Below, piece by piece: positions 10,012-19,803 of a stretch of 64,000 nt of DNA. A program made the position numbers and the translations under genes. How positions within the stretch are numbered: position 1 is the stretch's first letter; each line of letters starts with the position of its first letter. Origin of the DNA: Alphaproteobacteria bacterium (GTDB taxonomy: Bacteria; Pseudomonadota; Alphaproteobacteria; CAAHEQ01; UBA3637); contig JAZLCE010000021.1 of NCBI GenBank assembly GCA_045614025.1, forward strand, positions 887-64,886. The letters are read 5' to 3'. The notes beneath the pieces were generated by a model that had not been told where the DNA came from, did no database searches, and saw nothing but the letters and a program-made list of their open reading frames with translations.

Positions 10012-10215
10012 TTATCTTCCTTGATTTGCCATTTTTACAGAAGGTTGAACGAGGGCAACACCTAACATTTGAGCACATTCAGAGTTAGCAAGAGATTTTT
10101 CATTATACCCTGTTTTTGCCACTTCAACACCATTAACATAACCTGTTGCATTTTTAAATGATTTTTTAAATTCTGAAGTGTTTTGAGCGTCTTGAAGTGT
10201 TTCATTTACAGTCAT
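10012..10215 (-). CDS. Small orphan protein (67 aa), function unknown
   Basis: ATG preceded by AAGGAAG (5-nt spacer) and by a near-consensus sigma70 promoter. No signal peptide or TM segment, and one Cys. No family recognised. Confidence 0.5.
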   Translation of the reverse strand: MTVNETLQDAQNTSEFKKSFKNATGYVNGVEVAKTGYNEKSLANSECAQMLGVALVQPSVKMANQGR

Positions 10216-10252
10216 AGCATCTTCCTTTGTCTAATTTTTTCTTAACGAGGGG

Positions 10253-10281
10253 AGCATACCACGATAACTAACCTCTGTCAA
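10253..10281 (-). promoter_or_regulatory. Near-consensus sigma70 promoter with extended -10 for the 67-aa orphan
   Basis: The minus strand reads TTGACA (10281-10276), a 17-nt spacer ending in TGg, then TATGCT (10258-10253), about 40 nt upstream of the ATG. Confidence 0.5.
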
Positions 10282-10315
10282 CCCTTTTTTTATGAAAAGA
10301 TAAGAAAATTTTATG

Positions 10316-11035
10316 TTATTTAAAATTAAACAATGTCAACTGGGCTTTTTGCTCATCATAATTCTTTTTAAACATATCATCAAAAACCAAATCCAATGCC
10401 TCTTTCATCAATGGAATGGTTACGGCTCTACCCTGCCCCAAAGACATACTATCTGCCTTATCCACCAATTTTTGAGCAAGCGAAAAACTCATAGGTAATC
10501 TTTTAAGCGTATATTCTAAAACATTTGGTTGCAAATGAATATGCTTATCTAAAAATAATTTAATCAAAAGCATTGATATAACATCTTGGTCTGGCATGCA
10601 AATCACCGTTCTTGGAACAGTGTTCATCCTTGTAACCAAATCACGCAATTTAAAAACAGGCTCATTTGTTGCCGTCATAAGCAAATAACGCCCTGTATCA
10701 TGAATCATATTATAAAGGTGAAATAAAGCTTTTTCATCTCTTAGTTTATCCACATTTTCAAGAACAACCTTGCGGGCATAATCTGGTAAAATAAAATCTT
10801 CATCCAGAAACCTTGCATCAATATGATAATCAGAGAAAATTGAGGCCAAATGTGTTTTACCGCTACCTGTTTCTCCACAAATTAATAAAGCAAAATAAGG
10901 CCAATTTGGATACCTATCAATCCAACGAACAGCTTCCTCATTGCATCTTGCAACAATAAAATCATCCCGACCGAAAGCTTTTCGGTAGGATAATAAAAGT
11001 GGCAACTGTTCAAAAGACTTCATCATCTCTTTCAA
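10316..11035 (-). CDS. hda: DnaA-related regulatory AAA+ protein Hda/HdaA
   Basis: 239 aa with Walker A CGETGSGKTHL. Size matches a DnaA domain-III-only protein. Sits 1 nt after the AI-2E permease gene, as in many proteobacteria. Confidence 0.78.
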   Translation of the reverse strand: MKEMMKSFEQLPLLLSYRKAFGRDDFIVARCNEEAVRWIDRYPNWPYFALLICGETGSGKTHLASIFSDYHIDARFLDEDFILPDYARKVVLENVDKLRDEKALFHLYNMIHDTGRYLLMTATNEPVFKLRDLVTRMNTVPRTVICMPDQDVISMLLIKLFLDKHIHLQPNVLEYTLKRLPMSFSLAQKLVDKADSMSLGQGRAVTIPLMKEALDLVFDDMFKKNYDEQKAQLTLFNFK

Positions 11036-11036
11036 C

Positions 11037-12119
11037 CTACTTTTTCTTTTTAGCTCCTTTTTGTGTTGATAAATATACTGGTGTTGAACGATACCATTTT
11101 AAAATTCTTCGAACAAGGACACCAATAATTGCAGCCACAGGAACAGCCACAAAAACACCAACAAAACCAAATAACACTCCACCAGCTAAAAGTGCAAAAA
11201 TTACCCAAACTGGATGTAATCCGACCTTATTTCCAACCAATTTGGGAGTTAAAACATAGCTTTCTAAAATCTGACCAAATAAGAAAACCAAACCAATCCC
11301 TACCCAAAGTGAAAATGAGGCTTGTTGCACCAATGCCAATAAACAGCTTAAAATCACGCCTGTTAAAAATCCAAAATATGGAATAAATGATAAAATACCC
11401 GATAAGAATCCAACCAACAACCCTGAATCCAAACCGATTAATGAGAGGAAAACACCATAAAACACCCCTAATAACAAGCAAACAGAGGCCTGACCGCGGA
11501 TAAATCCTGAAAGAGCCGTATTAATCTCTTTCAAAATAGAATGCACCTCTTCTTTTTTATTCAAAGGAATCAAATCTGACATTTTTTCCTCCACAGAAAC
11601 CCAATCTCTTAACACATAAAATAACACAACTGGCGTAATTAAAACAAGAGAAATTATATTAAAGAAGACCAAGCCGCCCGTCAATACTTTTAATAAATTT
11701 GTTCCCATTGTGTTAAACAAAGAAAAAACTGTTTTTGAAACCGCTTCAGAAATCTGCTTTAATTGATCTTGAGGCATATTTTCTTTTGTATACAATATAA
11801 GTGTTTGAATTTTCAGCCATAGCACATCAACAAACTGAGGAACTTTCACCATTAAAGCCAAAATTTGAGCTTGCAAAATTGGAACAAAAATCAAAAAAAC
11901 AGCCACTATAAAAAAACAAAATAAAAACGTTATAAAAACACTTGCCAATGATCTAGAAAAATTCTTTTTTTCAAGATAAATGGCTAATGGATGCAAAAAG
12001 TATGCTAAAACAAACGCCAAAACAAATGGCAGTAATATAGAAGAAATTTCAACAACAAACCATGTTAAAATTCCTAAAATCAAAAAAATTAAAATGAGTG
12101 CTTTTTGAAACTTAGTCAC
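11037..12119 (-). CDS. AI-2E family (PerM/UPF0118) membrane transporter
   Basis: 360 aa, about 8 TM helices. Family-typical C-terminal region LESYVLTPKLVGNKVGLHPVWVIFALLAGG. Confidence 0.78.
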   Translation of the reverse strand: MTKFQKALILIFLILGILTWFVVEISSILLPFVLAFVLAYFLHPLAIYLEKKNFSRSLASVFITFLFCFFIVAVFLIFVPILQAQILALMVKVPQFVDVLWLKIQTLILYTKENMPQDQLKQISEAVSKTVFSLFNTMGTNLLKVLTGGLVFFNIISLVLITPVVLFYVLRDWVSVEEKMSDLIPLNKKEEVHSILKEINTALSGFIRGQASVCLLLGVFYGVFLSLIGLDSGLLVGFLSGILSFIPYFGFLTGVILSCLLALVQQASFSLWVGIGLVFLFGQILESYVLTPKLVGNKVGLHPVWVIFALLAGGVLFGFVGVFVAVPVAAIIGVLVRRILKWYRSTPVYLSTQKGAKKKK

Positions 12120-12134
12120 CTTAAACTCCTTTAA

Positions 12135-13280
12135 TTAGAACTCACCACTTATTGATCCATTCTCTTGTTCCGATAAATTTTCAAAGGGTAATGCATTTTG
12201 CTTTGTTTCTGAAGCATTTAATTTTTCATCAATAAAAGTCAATAGATAAACAGGCTCTTCTGTTTCAGACATATAGGGCATTAATCCCATCTGATTTAAT
12301 AATAATTTTTTTTGCAATTCATCTAAAGATCCTTTAAAAGCCATTTCAACTGAAAGCATCTTATTTTTAAAGCCCTTAATTTCCACTTTTTCAACAAAAT
12401 TAAGCTTAGCAATTTTATCCTTTATTTTTTTCAACTCGGATACTTTTGAAACAGGCGTCAACAAATGATAAACGCTAACAGGCGCCACATTCTTTGTCAT
12501 TAAATAAATCCATTTCTTCTCCATATTTGAAAAAGCATCTTGAATTAAATCCTTCACAACAAAATGAATATCTTCTCTATCATCCATTACTTGAAAATTA
12601 ACCATTGCTTCTAGCATACTTTCTTCAGGAAGAACTTTTGTTTCAACTTGATAAACGTCATCTAATTTTTTTATTTTAAGAATCAAAACGTTACTTACTT
12701 CATATTCATTTAAAAATGATGTTTGCTTTTCAATTAAACCTTCTTGCCAAACTTTTGAAGCTTCTTGCAACTTTTGAACGTTATCTGGCACAACACTTAT
12801 TTGAAAAAATTTATTCTCAGCTTTTGTTTTATAAAAATAATCTAAAATTGGATTTTCTTTATCAAAAACAATCTCTGTTCCATTATTTTCAAAAACGGGA
12901 ACTAACAACATTGGTTCTGGAAGAGAAGTTAAAAAAGGTTCATTTTGAGCATCCAACAACTCATAGATTGGCTCGGCTTTAAAACGAACACTTAAATTTC
13001 CTTTATATGTAGTAGCAGAAACTTTTTCATCAGAAAGAGAAACATCTTGAACAAATGGTGTTACATCAAAACCTTCAAATTGAGTTATATCCACTGTGGG
13101 AGATATTTTTTCAATCAACATTAAAAAGGCTTGTTTTTGCCCCTGAGAAACAGCATTTGTTTGCGCTTCAAGAACGTTTTGCCCTTCTCCTGCAACTAAA
13201 ATATTGCTTTGCACATAAAAATTTGATGCAAAAGCATTTGCTGAAAAAAACGTTACAAGAGCAATTAATATTTTTTTCAT
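12135..13280 (-). CDS. Secreted/periplasmic protein, possibly DUF2066 family
   Basis: 381 aa with a signal peptide (MKKILIALVTFFSANAFA). Its position upstream of the AI-2E permease and hda matches where DUF2066 proteins sit in other proteobacteria. The family call comes from synteny and general look only. Confidence 0.45.
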   Translation of the reverse strand: MKKILIALVTFFSANAFASNFYVQSNILVAGEGQNVLEAQTNAVSQGQKQAFLMLIEKISPTVDITQFEGFDVTPFVQDVSLSDEKVSATTYKGNLSVRFKAEPIYELLDAQNEPFLTSLPEPMLLVPVFENNGTEIVFDKENPILDYFYKTKAENKFFQISVVPDNVQKLQEASKVWQEGLIEKQTSFLNEYEVSNVLILKIKKLDDVYQVETKVLPEESMLEAMVNFQVMDDREDIHFVVKDLIQDAFSNMEKKWIYLMTKNVAPVSVYHLLTPVSKVSELKKIKDKIAKLNFVEKVEIKGFKNKMLSVEMAFKGSLDELQKKLLLNQMGLMPYMSETEEPVYLLTFIDEKLNASETKQNALPFENLSEQENGSISGEF

Positions 13281-13418
13281 TCTTTTTCCTTTTTTGTTGA
13301 AGATTAAAATTTTGACTGATATACTCTTTTAAGATAAAGATTTTAAACTCTCACCTTTAAAACGGGTTTATTTTAGCAAATTGAAACAAAAAGAGCAACA
13401 AAAAAGAAAGGTAAAATA

Positions 13419-13775
13419 ATGGAATATAATGCTGATAATGTGTTTGCAAAAATCATTCGAGGAGAAATTCCTTGCAACAAAATTTATGAAGATGAATTTG
13501 CCTTGGCATTTTACGATATTGCCCCAAAAGCAAAAATTCACGCTCTTGTAATTGCTAAAGCAATGGTTGTTAACTTTGCTGATTTTATTGAACACTCAAC
13601 TGCTGATGAAATTGAAGGATATATGCGCGCAATTGTGAAAGTAACAGAACTTTTAAATGTGAACGAAACAGGCTATAGAATTGTTTTTAATTCTGGAACA
13701 GATAGTGGACAAGAAGTTCCTCATTTACATGCCCATATTTTAGGTGGTGAAAAACTTCAAACAGAACATCTTTAA
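13419..13775 (+). CDS. HIT-family (histidine triad) nucleotide hydrolase
   Basis: 118 aa. N-terminal FAKIIRGEIP and the histidine triad VPHLHAHILGG. Confidence 0.88.
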   Translation: MEYNADNVFAKIIRGEIPCNKIYEDEFALAFYDIAPKAKIHALVIAKAMVVNFADFIEHSTADEIEGYMRAIVKVTELLNVNETGYRIVFNSGTDSGQEVPHLHAHILGGEKLQTEHL

Positions 13776-13780
13776 TAATA

Positions 13781-13811
13781 AAAAAAGCCGCTTTTTAAAG
13801 CGGCTTTTTTT
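13781..13811. terminator. Bidirectional rho-independent terminator between convergent HIT and pilin-like genes
   Basis: AAAAAAGCCGC-tttttaaa-GCGGCTTTTTTT. The hairpin is flanked by an A-run and a T-run, so it can act on both strands. Confidence 0.65.
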
Positions 13812-13819
13812 ATTATTCT

Positions 13820-14266
13820 TTACTTTAAATCTTTACTAGAAGCAAACTCAATTGCCAGTATTTTATTATCTTGATCGCTTAATTCCTTATTAGTACGATA
13901 TTGAGAAACTTCTAATTCTTCAAAATATGAAACAACACGGCTATCTAAATCTGTAAAAGTAATTCGATAGCAATATTGATTACGTTTTGTTTCTAATTCA
14001 CAAGAATTTATTTGAGAGGAAGAAGCATTAACTCCTTTCATTGATTGGCTCAAGAATCTATCAAGCGCCTTCATTGTTTTCACTTGAGATCCTTCGACCA
14101 CTAAAATTGTTTTTAACAAAGCATCTTCCATTCCTGAAATTTTCCATTTGCTTGTTAAATAATTATACCCACCAATTGAAGTGATTGATAAAAGGCTGAT
14201 AATGGAAATAACCCCCATCATCTCAACCAATGTTCTTCCTTTTTCATTTTTATTTAATACTTTCAT
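13820..14266 (-). CDS. Prepilin-like (type IV pilin / pseudopilin-like) protein
   Basis: 148 aa. MKVLNKNEKG|RTLVEMMGVISIISLLSITSIGG has the shape of a class III signal: short basic leader, Gly, Glu at +5 and a hydrophobic helix. Residue +1 is an atypical Arg. C-terminal Cys pair SCELETKRNQYC. AAAGGA Shine-Dalgarno. Starts 28 nt after the RND pump stop. Confidence 0.5.
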   Translation of the reverse strand: MKVLNKNEKGRTLVEMMGVISIISLLSITSIGGYNYLTSKWKISGMEDALLKTILVVEGSQVKTMKALDRFLSQSMKGVNASSSQINSCELETKRNQYCYRITFTDLDSRVVSYFEELEVSQYRTNKELSDQDNKILAIEFASSKDLK

Positions 14267-14294
14267 TTTATATCCTTTTTTAGTTTTTGAACAT

Positions 14295-17200
14295 TCATTT
14301 CATTTTTCTTTTTGTTTTTTTCTCAAACAAAGTTACTGATTTATTTTTATTCCAATAACGTTCCACAATTGTTTGGAAAACAACATAAAGTGCAGGAATG
14401 AAGAATATTCCAACAAATGAAGAAATAAATAATCCACCAAAAATTGAAGACCCAATTGCTTTACGAGCCATCGCCCCTGCTCCTGAAGAAATTACCAAAG
14501 GCAAGAATCCTAAAAGAGCAGCAATAGCTGTCATCATAATAGCTCTAAATCTCATATGAGCGCCGTTGATAGCAGCCTCCTCAATAGACAATCCTTTAGC
14601 ATGTTCTTCTTTTGCAAACTCAACCAAAAGAATAGCATTTTTAGCTGCCAAAGCAATCAAAACAATAATCCCTGCCTGTGCATAAAGATCATTTGTGATG
14701 GATCGAATCCACAAAAAGCCCACAGCACCAAACAGCCCAATAATAATTGAAACCATAACCGGAACAGGAATAACCCAACTTTCATATAAGGCAACTAAGA
14801 AAAGATATGCAAACAAGAAAGCCAACACAAAGATAATAGCTGTTTGCGCACCAGCTTCTTGTTCTTGCAAACTCATACCAGTCCATTGATATTGGTATCC
14901 AGATGGTAAAACTTTATTAGATATTTCTTCCATTGCTTGAATAGCTGAACCAGAACTTAATCCTGCTGCGGGAGCAGCCGTAATTTTAACAGATCGATAG
15001 TTATTATATCGTTGAATAGATTGAGCACCAATCGTTCGTTTCACAGTAATTAACGAACGCAAAGGAACCATTTCTCCTTTTTTGTTTCGAATATTGATTT
15101 TATAAATATCTTCTAATGTTCGTCTATCTTGAACATCTCCTTGAACGTTAACTTGCCAAGTTCTACCATAAAGGTTAAAATCATTTACATATGTTCCACC
15201 AAGCATGGTTTGCATGGTTGAGAAAATATCGGCAATTTCAACTCCTAGTGCATAGGCTTTTTTTCGATCAACAACCACTTCAACACGCGGTGAATCAACG
15301 GTATAAAACGTTGTAACCCGTTGCAAGCGCGGATCTTTATTCCCTTCTTGAATAATTCGATTTGCCACATTTAAAATTTGTTCTGGCGAATCACCTTGTG
15401 TGCTTTGCAAAACATATTCCGCATCTGATGTCATACTAATCCCAGAAATAGCAGGCATATTAAAAGGGAACATTTTGGCTTCTTTAATATCCATTGTGGC
15501 TTGATAAACTTTTCCAATCAAACTATCAACATCTTGCCCTTTACCCTTTCTTTCAGAATAAGGTTTTAACTGAACAGCAAAAAAGCCATTTGATGAAGAT
15601 TGAACACCACTCATCATACCATAACCAATAATGGCCATGTATGACTCAATTTCAGGGATTTTTTTAAATCGTTCAGCAACTTCTTTCATCACTTTTTCTG
15701 TTCTATTCCAAGAAGCACCAGATGGCAATTGAACTTCCATTAAGAAAACACCTTGATCTTCAGCAGGCAAAAATCCAGATGGTGTTATCTTCATAAATCC
15801 CCAAGCGGCTAATCCAAATAAAGCAACTGCTACGATAGAAAAAACAGAATAATGTATTGTTTTTTTCACAATATTTGAATATCCATGTCTAAACCAATCA
15901 ATTGCGTTCATAACTTTTTGAACCAATTTAAATGGCTTATCATTTGATCTCATAATAACTGCAGCCACAGCTGGAGATAAAGTTAATGAATTAATCCCAG
16001 AAATCACCATTGCTGCCGAAATAGCAATAGCAAACTGACTATAAAGAAGACCAGAAATTCCTGGTGTAAACGCAACAGGAACAAATACTGCTAATAAAAC
16101 CAATGTAATAGCAATAATCGGAGCTGTAATCCGATTCATTGATTTTGAAACAGCTTCATGCGGTGTTAATTCAGGGTTTTCATGCATCACTGTTTCAACA
16201 TCTTCCACAACCACAATAGCATCATCTACAACAATACCAATTGCCAAAACAAGAGCTAATAATGAAATCGTATTTGCGGTCACACCAAAAAGCGTCATCC
16301 CCACAAAAGCACCAATTAAAGAAACTGGAATGGCAATTGTTGGAATAATTGTTGCACGAAAAGTTCCCAAGAAGAAATAAGTAACTAACACAATCAACAA
16401 AAATGCTTCAAAAATTGTTTGAAAAATTTCAGCTAATGAATCTTCAACAAATTTTGCATTGTTAAAAACCGTATTAAACTGAATTTCTGCTGGCATTTTC
16501 TTTTGAAGCTCAACAACCTTTTTATTTACTGCACTTGCCACCGCAACAGCGTTTGATCCTGGCGCTTGGAAAATGGCAAGACCAACAGCCGGTTGCCCAT
16601 TGTAAAGAGCCCGCATTTCTTCTGATTTTGAAGCCAATTCAATACGCGCAATATCTTTTAAATATAAATAAGAACCATCTGTATTTGCCCGAATAACAAT
16701 TTCTCCAAACTCTTCAGGCGTTGACAAACGACCTTGCGTTGTTAAAGAAAATTGAAATTGTTGATCAGGCGTTGAAGGCATAACCCCAATCCGACCTAAA
16801 GAACCTTGTAAATTTTGACCTTGAATCGCAGATAAAACTTCATTTGTGGATAATTTCAAACTTTTAAGTTTATCGCTATCTAACCATACACGCATGGAAT
16901 AATCAAGAGTTGAGAAAACACGAACATCCCCCACACCACTTGTTCTTGAAAGTTCATCTTTAATATTAATTAACGTATAATTTGTTAAAAACACATCATC
17001 ATAAGCAGGATTTGAAGATGAAACAGTGAAAATTTGCAACATAGAAGGCATTTTTGATTGAACAATAACCCCCTGCTTCAAAACTTCGGCTGGTAAGGTA
17101 CTTTCAACCTGCTTCAACCGATTTTGAACATTAACTGCAGCAATATTTGAATCGGTTCCAATATTAAAAGTAACAGATAAATTATAGGAACCATCGTCAC

Positions 17201-17450
17201 TACTGGTTGAAGACATATAAAGCATATCTTCCACGCCATTGACAACAGATTCAATTTGCTGTGCTACTGTTGATTCAACAACATCCGCACTTGCCCCTGG
17301 ATAAACTGCCGAAACTGAAACAGAAGGAGGAACAATATTTGGGTATTGTTCAACTGGCATGGCATACATACAAAGGAGCCCCGCTAAAACAATAACAACT
17401 GATAAAACTGTTGCTAAACGCGGGCGTTTAATAAAAGCATCTGAAATCAT
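14295..17450 (-). CDS. RND (HAE1, AcrB/MexB-like) efflux pump inner-membrane subunit
   Basis: 1051 aa. N-terminus [25 protein letters not shown]4 region [17 protein letters not shown], and a 12-TM plus two large periplasmic loops layout. Confidence 0.93.
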   Translation of the reverse strand: MISDAFIKRPRLATVLSVVIVLAGLLCMYAMPVEQYPNIVPPSVSVSAVYPGASADVVESTVAQQIESVVNGVEDMLYMSSTSSDDGSYNLSVTFNIGTDSNIAAVNVQNRLKQVESTLPAEVLKQGVIVQSKMPSMLQIFTVSSSNPAYDDVFLTNYTLINIKDELSRTSGVGDVRVFSTLDYSMRVWLDSDKLKSLKLSTNEVLSAIQGQNLQGSLGRIGVMPSTPDQQFQFSLTTQGRLSTPEEFGEIVIRANTDGSYLYLKDIARIELASKSEEMRALYNGQPAVGLAIFQAPGSNAVAVASAVNKKVVELQKKMPAEIQFNTVFNNAKFVEDSLAEIFQTIFEAFLLIVLVTYFFLGTFRATIIPTIAIPVSLIGAFVGMTLFGVTANTISLLALVLAIGIVVDDAIVVVEDVETVMHENPELTPHEAVSKSMNRITAPIIAITLVLLAVFVPVAFTPGISGLLYSQFAIAISAAMVISGINSLTLSPAVAAVIMRSNDKPFKLVQKVMNAIDWFRHGYSNIVKKTIHYSVFSIVAVALFGLAAWGFMKITPSGFLPAEDQGVFLMEVQLPSGASWNRTEKVMKEVAERFKKIPEIESYMAIIGYGMMSGVQSSSNGFFAVQLKPYSERKGKGQDVDSLIGKVYQATMDIKEAKMFPFNMPAISGISMTSDAEYVLQSTQGDSPEQILNVANRIIQEGNKDPRLQRVTTFYTVDSPRVEVVVDRKKAYALGVEIADIFSTMQTMLGGTYVNDFNLYGRTWQVNVQGDVQDRRTLEDIYKINIRNKKGEMVPLRSLITVKRTIGAQSIQRYNNYRSVKITAAPAAGLSSGSAIQAMEEISNKVLPSGYQYQWTGMSLQEQEAGAQTAIIFVLAFLFAYLFLVALYESWVIPVPVMVSIIIGLFGAVGFLWIRSITNDLYAQAGIIVLIALAAKNAILLVEFAKEEHAKGLSIEEAAINGAHMRFRAIMMTAIAALLGFLPLVISSGAGAMARKAIGSSIFGGLFISSFVGIFFIPALYVVFQTIVERYWNKNKSVTLFEKKTKRKMK

Positions 17451-17465
17451 TTATTATTCTCCTTT

Positions 17466-18602
17466 TTAAAACTGAGGATTAACGCTCATTTGTGGCTGGA
17501 TTTTTTGGAATCCTTCAGTCACAATTACATCACCCACATGTAATCCCGAAACAATTTCAACCTTGAATCCTTCTAATTCAACACCACGAACAACAGATCT
17601 TTTTTCAATTTTATTTTCTTGATTTATAACATACACATATGTTCCTTGCATATCTTGTTGAACCGCTTTCATTGGAATAACAATTGATTGAACTGGCTTA
17701 TCACTCTTAATCAAAATACGTCCATATTGTCCTGAAATTAACTGATTTGATGGGTTTGGAAATGAAGCTTTTATTTTAAGTGTATTCATTGCCTCGTCAA
17801 GAGCTACATCAATAAAATTAATTTGACCTTTTTCAGGATATACAACACCGTCAGACATAACAAAGCGCACATCAACCCCTGTTCCATTTTTAAAATTTTT
17901 ACGTAACACTAAAAGATCATTTTCACTCACAGAAAAAACAGCATCAATCGGATTAACCGCCACAACCTCTGCTAATGTTCCAGAACTCGGACCAATTAAT
18001 TCACCAACCGAATAAACCGATTCTCCAATCTTCCCATCCATTGGAGAAACAATAGTTGTATATTCCAAATCTTTTTTAGCCAAATCAAGTTTGGCTTCAG
18101 CTTCGGCTAATGATGCTTGAGCAGATGAATAAAATGCCTCATCTTCATCCAATTTTGATTCAGAAACATCTTTTGTTTTATAAAGTGTTTGAGCACGTTC
18201 ATACTGAGCTTTTTTATTTTTAACTTGTGCAGCAGCTTTGGCAACATTTGCTTCAGCTTCACGAACAGCTGCTTCAAAATTAACCTTTTCAATCACAAAC
18301 AATGGTTGGCCTTTTGTCACCAAATCCCCTTCTTTAAACAAACGCTCTTGTAAAAAACCTTGAACACGAGCCTTTAAAGAAACTTTATCCTTCGCTTCAA
18401 TTTTAGCAACAAAACTACTTTCTGGGTAAATTTCAGACATCTCCACTTTCATTGCATCAACCGCCATAGTTGGCATTTGCTGAGTCACCGTTGGAGCAGA
18501 ATAATGATAAATCCCATATCCAGCCAATAAAGCTCCTAAAAGTGCAAAAGAGAGTAAAATTTTTTTAAAACGAGAAGATTTTAAATGTTTTTTTTCAGCC
18601 AT
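17466..18602 (-). CDS. RND efflux periplasmic adaptor (membrane fusion protein)
   Basis: 378 aa. N-terminal anchor, alpha-hairpin coiled coil (AEANVAKAAAQVKNKKAQYERAQTLY ... AEAEAKLDLAKKDLEYT) followed by TIVSPMDGKIG (lipoyl half-motif). Immediately upstream of the RND gene. Confidence 0.88.
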   Translation of the reverse strand: MAEKKHLKSSRFKKILLSFALLGALLAGYGIYHYSAPTVTQQMPTMAVDAMKVEMSEIYPESSFVAKIEAKDKVSLKARVQGFLQERLFKEGDLVTKGQPLFVIEKVNFEAAVREAEANVAKAAAQVKNKKAQYERAQTLYKTKDVSESKLDEDEAFYSSAQASLAEAEAKLDLAKKDLEYTTIVSPMDGKIGESVYSVGELIGPSSGTLAEVVAVNPIDAVFSVSENDLLVLRKNFKNGTGVDVRFVMSDGVVYPEKGQINFIDVALDEAMNTLKIKASFPNPSNQLISGQYGRILIKSDKPVQSIVIPMKAVQQDMQGTYVYVINQENKIEKRSVVRGVELEGFKVEIVSGLHVGDVIVTEGFQKIQPQMSVNPQF

Positions 18603-18694
18603 GTGAAACTCCTTTTTTTCATTCTTTTAAAAAAGATGTAGCATTTTTTATTTAAAAAGTCTATAAGTAATTATACTTTTTTATTGGGGGTAAA

Positions 18695-19759
18695 ATGAAA
18701 ACAACAGCCAAAACAAAAACAAGAGCAAAAACGTTATCTGGAAACAAACTTTCATTAACTAGAGGATCCGCACTCATGGAGCGCGAAGCCAGAAAAGAAA
18801 AACGCCCTTTAAAAAAAAGCAAGGCTGTTAAAGCTTTTATTGACCAAAACAAAAAAGGGTTAACCAGGGTCTTTGTTGCTGGGGGCTCACGCTCAGGAAA
18901 AGATAGCATTTATGAAGAAGAAGCGTTTGCTCTTGGAAGACAAATCGGCAAAAAGAAGTATCGTCTTGATTTTGGTCTTTCCTCAAAAGGAATTATGGGC
19001 GCAGTTGCAAGAGGTGTTTTAACAGGATGGAGTGAAACAAATCAAAAAAATGCCACTGATAAAGTTATCCATGCGGTAACAACGAAAGAATATTTAGCGC
19101 TCTATCAAAGTGACAGCGTTATTGATGAAGTTTCAGATATTATTGTTTCTCATACTCTTGAAGAAAGAAAACAACAACTTTTGGGCGCCGATTTTGTTAT
19201 TTTTGCACCAGGTGGCGTTGGAACTTTAGATGAATTAGCTTACGATTGCGTTGCCATGCAAGATGGTTTTTTAAACTTCAAACCATTCATTCTTTTTAAT
19301 GTTCAGGGATTTTTTTATCACTTACTTGAATATTTAAAAGAAATTCAAAAAGAAGGTTTTGCCAGCAATATCCCCTTTATTGTGGTTGATGATAGCTTTG
19401 AAGCTTTAGTTGCTTTTGATATGATCGATCTTTTTTATAAGAGAGAAATTGAAAAAAATCCAACACATGCAAAGTCAATTTTAAACAGATTGGTTTATTT
19501 ACTTCCTTATATCATTCACCAAAAATTATCTGATCCATCAAAAACAACCGAAGATGTTTTTAACTATATTGAATCTACAATCAATCAAAAAAACACTAAA
19601 AAACAACTAGCTTTAGAAGATGAAATTGAAAAAGCTTATTTAAGTAAAGAAATTGAACGCCTTTATGAACGTTTAGCTAAAGCAGGGAAAGATACAGCCA
19701 ATGTAAGTGATAAACTTCAAAAATTGAAAAACAGGTATAAATTAAAAAAAACTATATAA
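18695..19759 (+). CDS. LOG / TIGR00730-family (PpnN-like) nucleotide 5'-monophosphate nucleosidase homologue with N- and C-terminal extensions
   Basis: 354 aa. Core motifs VFVAGGSRSG, GLSSKGIMGAVARGV and PGGVGTLDEL (PGGxGTxxE). About 55 aa of Lys/Arg-rich N-terminal extension and about 110 aa of C-terminal extension ending in a predicted coiled coil. Confidence 0.72.
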   Translation: MKTTAKTKTRAKTLSGNKLSLTRGSALMEREARKEKRPLKKSKAVKAFIDQNKKGLTRVFVAGGSRSGKDSIYEEEAFALGRQIGKKKYRLDFGLSSKGIMGAVARGVLTGWSETNQKNATDKVIHAVTTKEYLALYQSDSVIDEVSDIIVSHTLEERKQQLLGADFVIFAPGGVGTLDELAYDCVAMQDGFLNFKPFILFNVQGFFYHLLEYLKEIQKEGFASNIPFIVVDDSFEALVAFDMIDLFYKREIEKNPTHAKSILNRLVYLLPYIIHQKLSDPSKTTEDVFNYIESTINQKNTKKQLALEDEIEKAYLSKEIERLYERLAKAGKDTANVSDKLQKLKNRYKLKKTI

Positions 19760-19803
19760 TTAAAAATCCTTCCCTTATTGACAAAAAATAAAAGGAGATT
19801 TTC

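Noticed and set aside
10012-10215. Resemblance of the 67-aa protein N-terminus (TVNETLQDAQNT) to the VNSQITD...TQ start of RebB/R-body proteins
   Set aside because: Only about 5 of 11 positions match, from memory. The protein is too short, and the remainder does not resemble Reb proteins as I recall them. This cannot be verified without a profile search.
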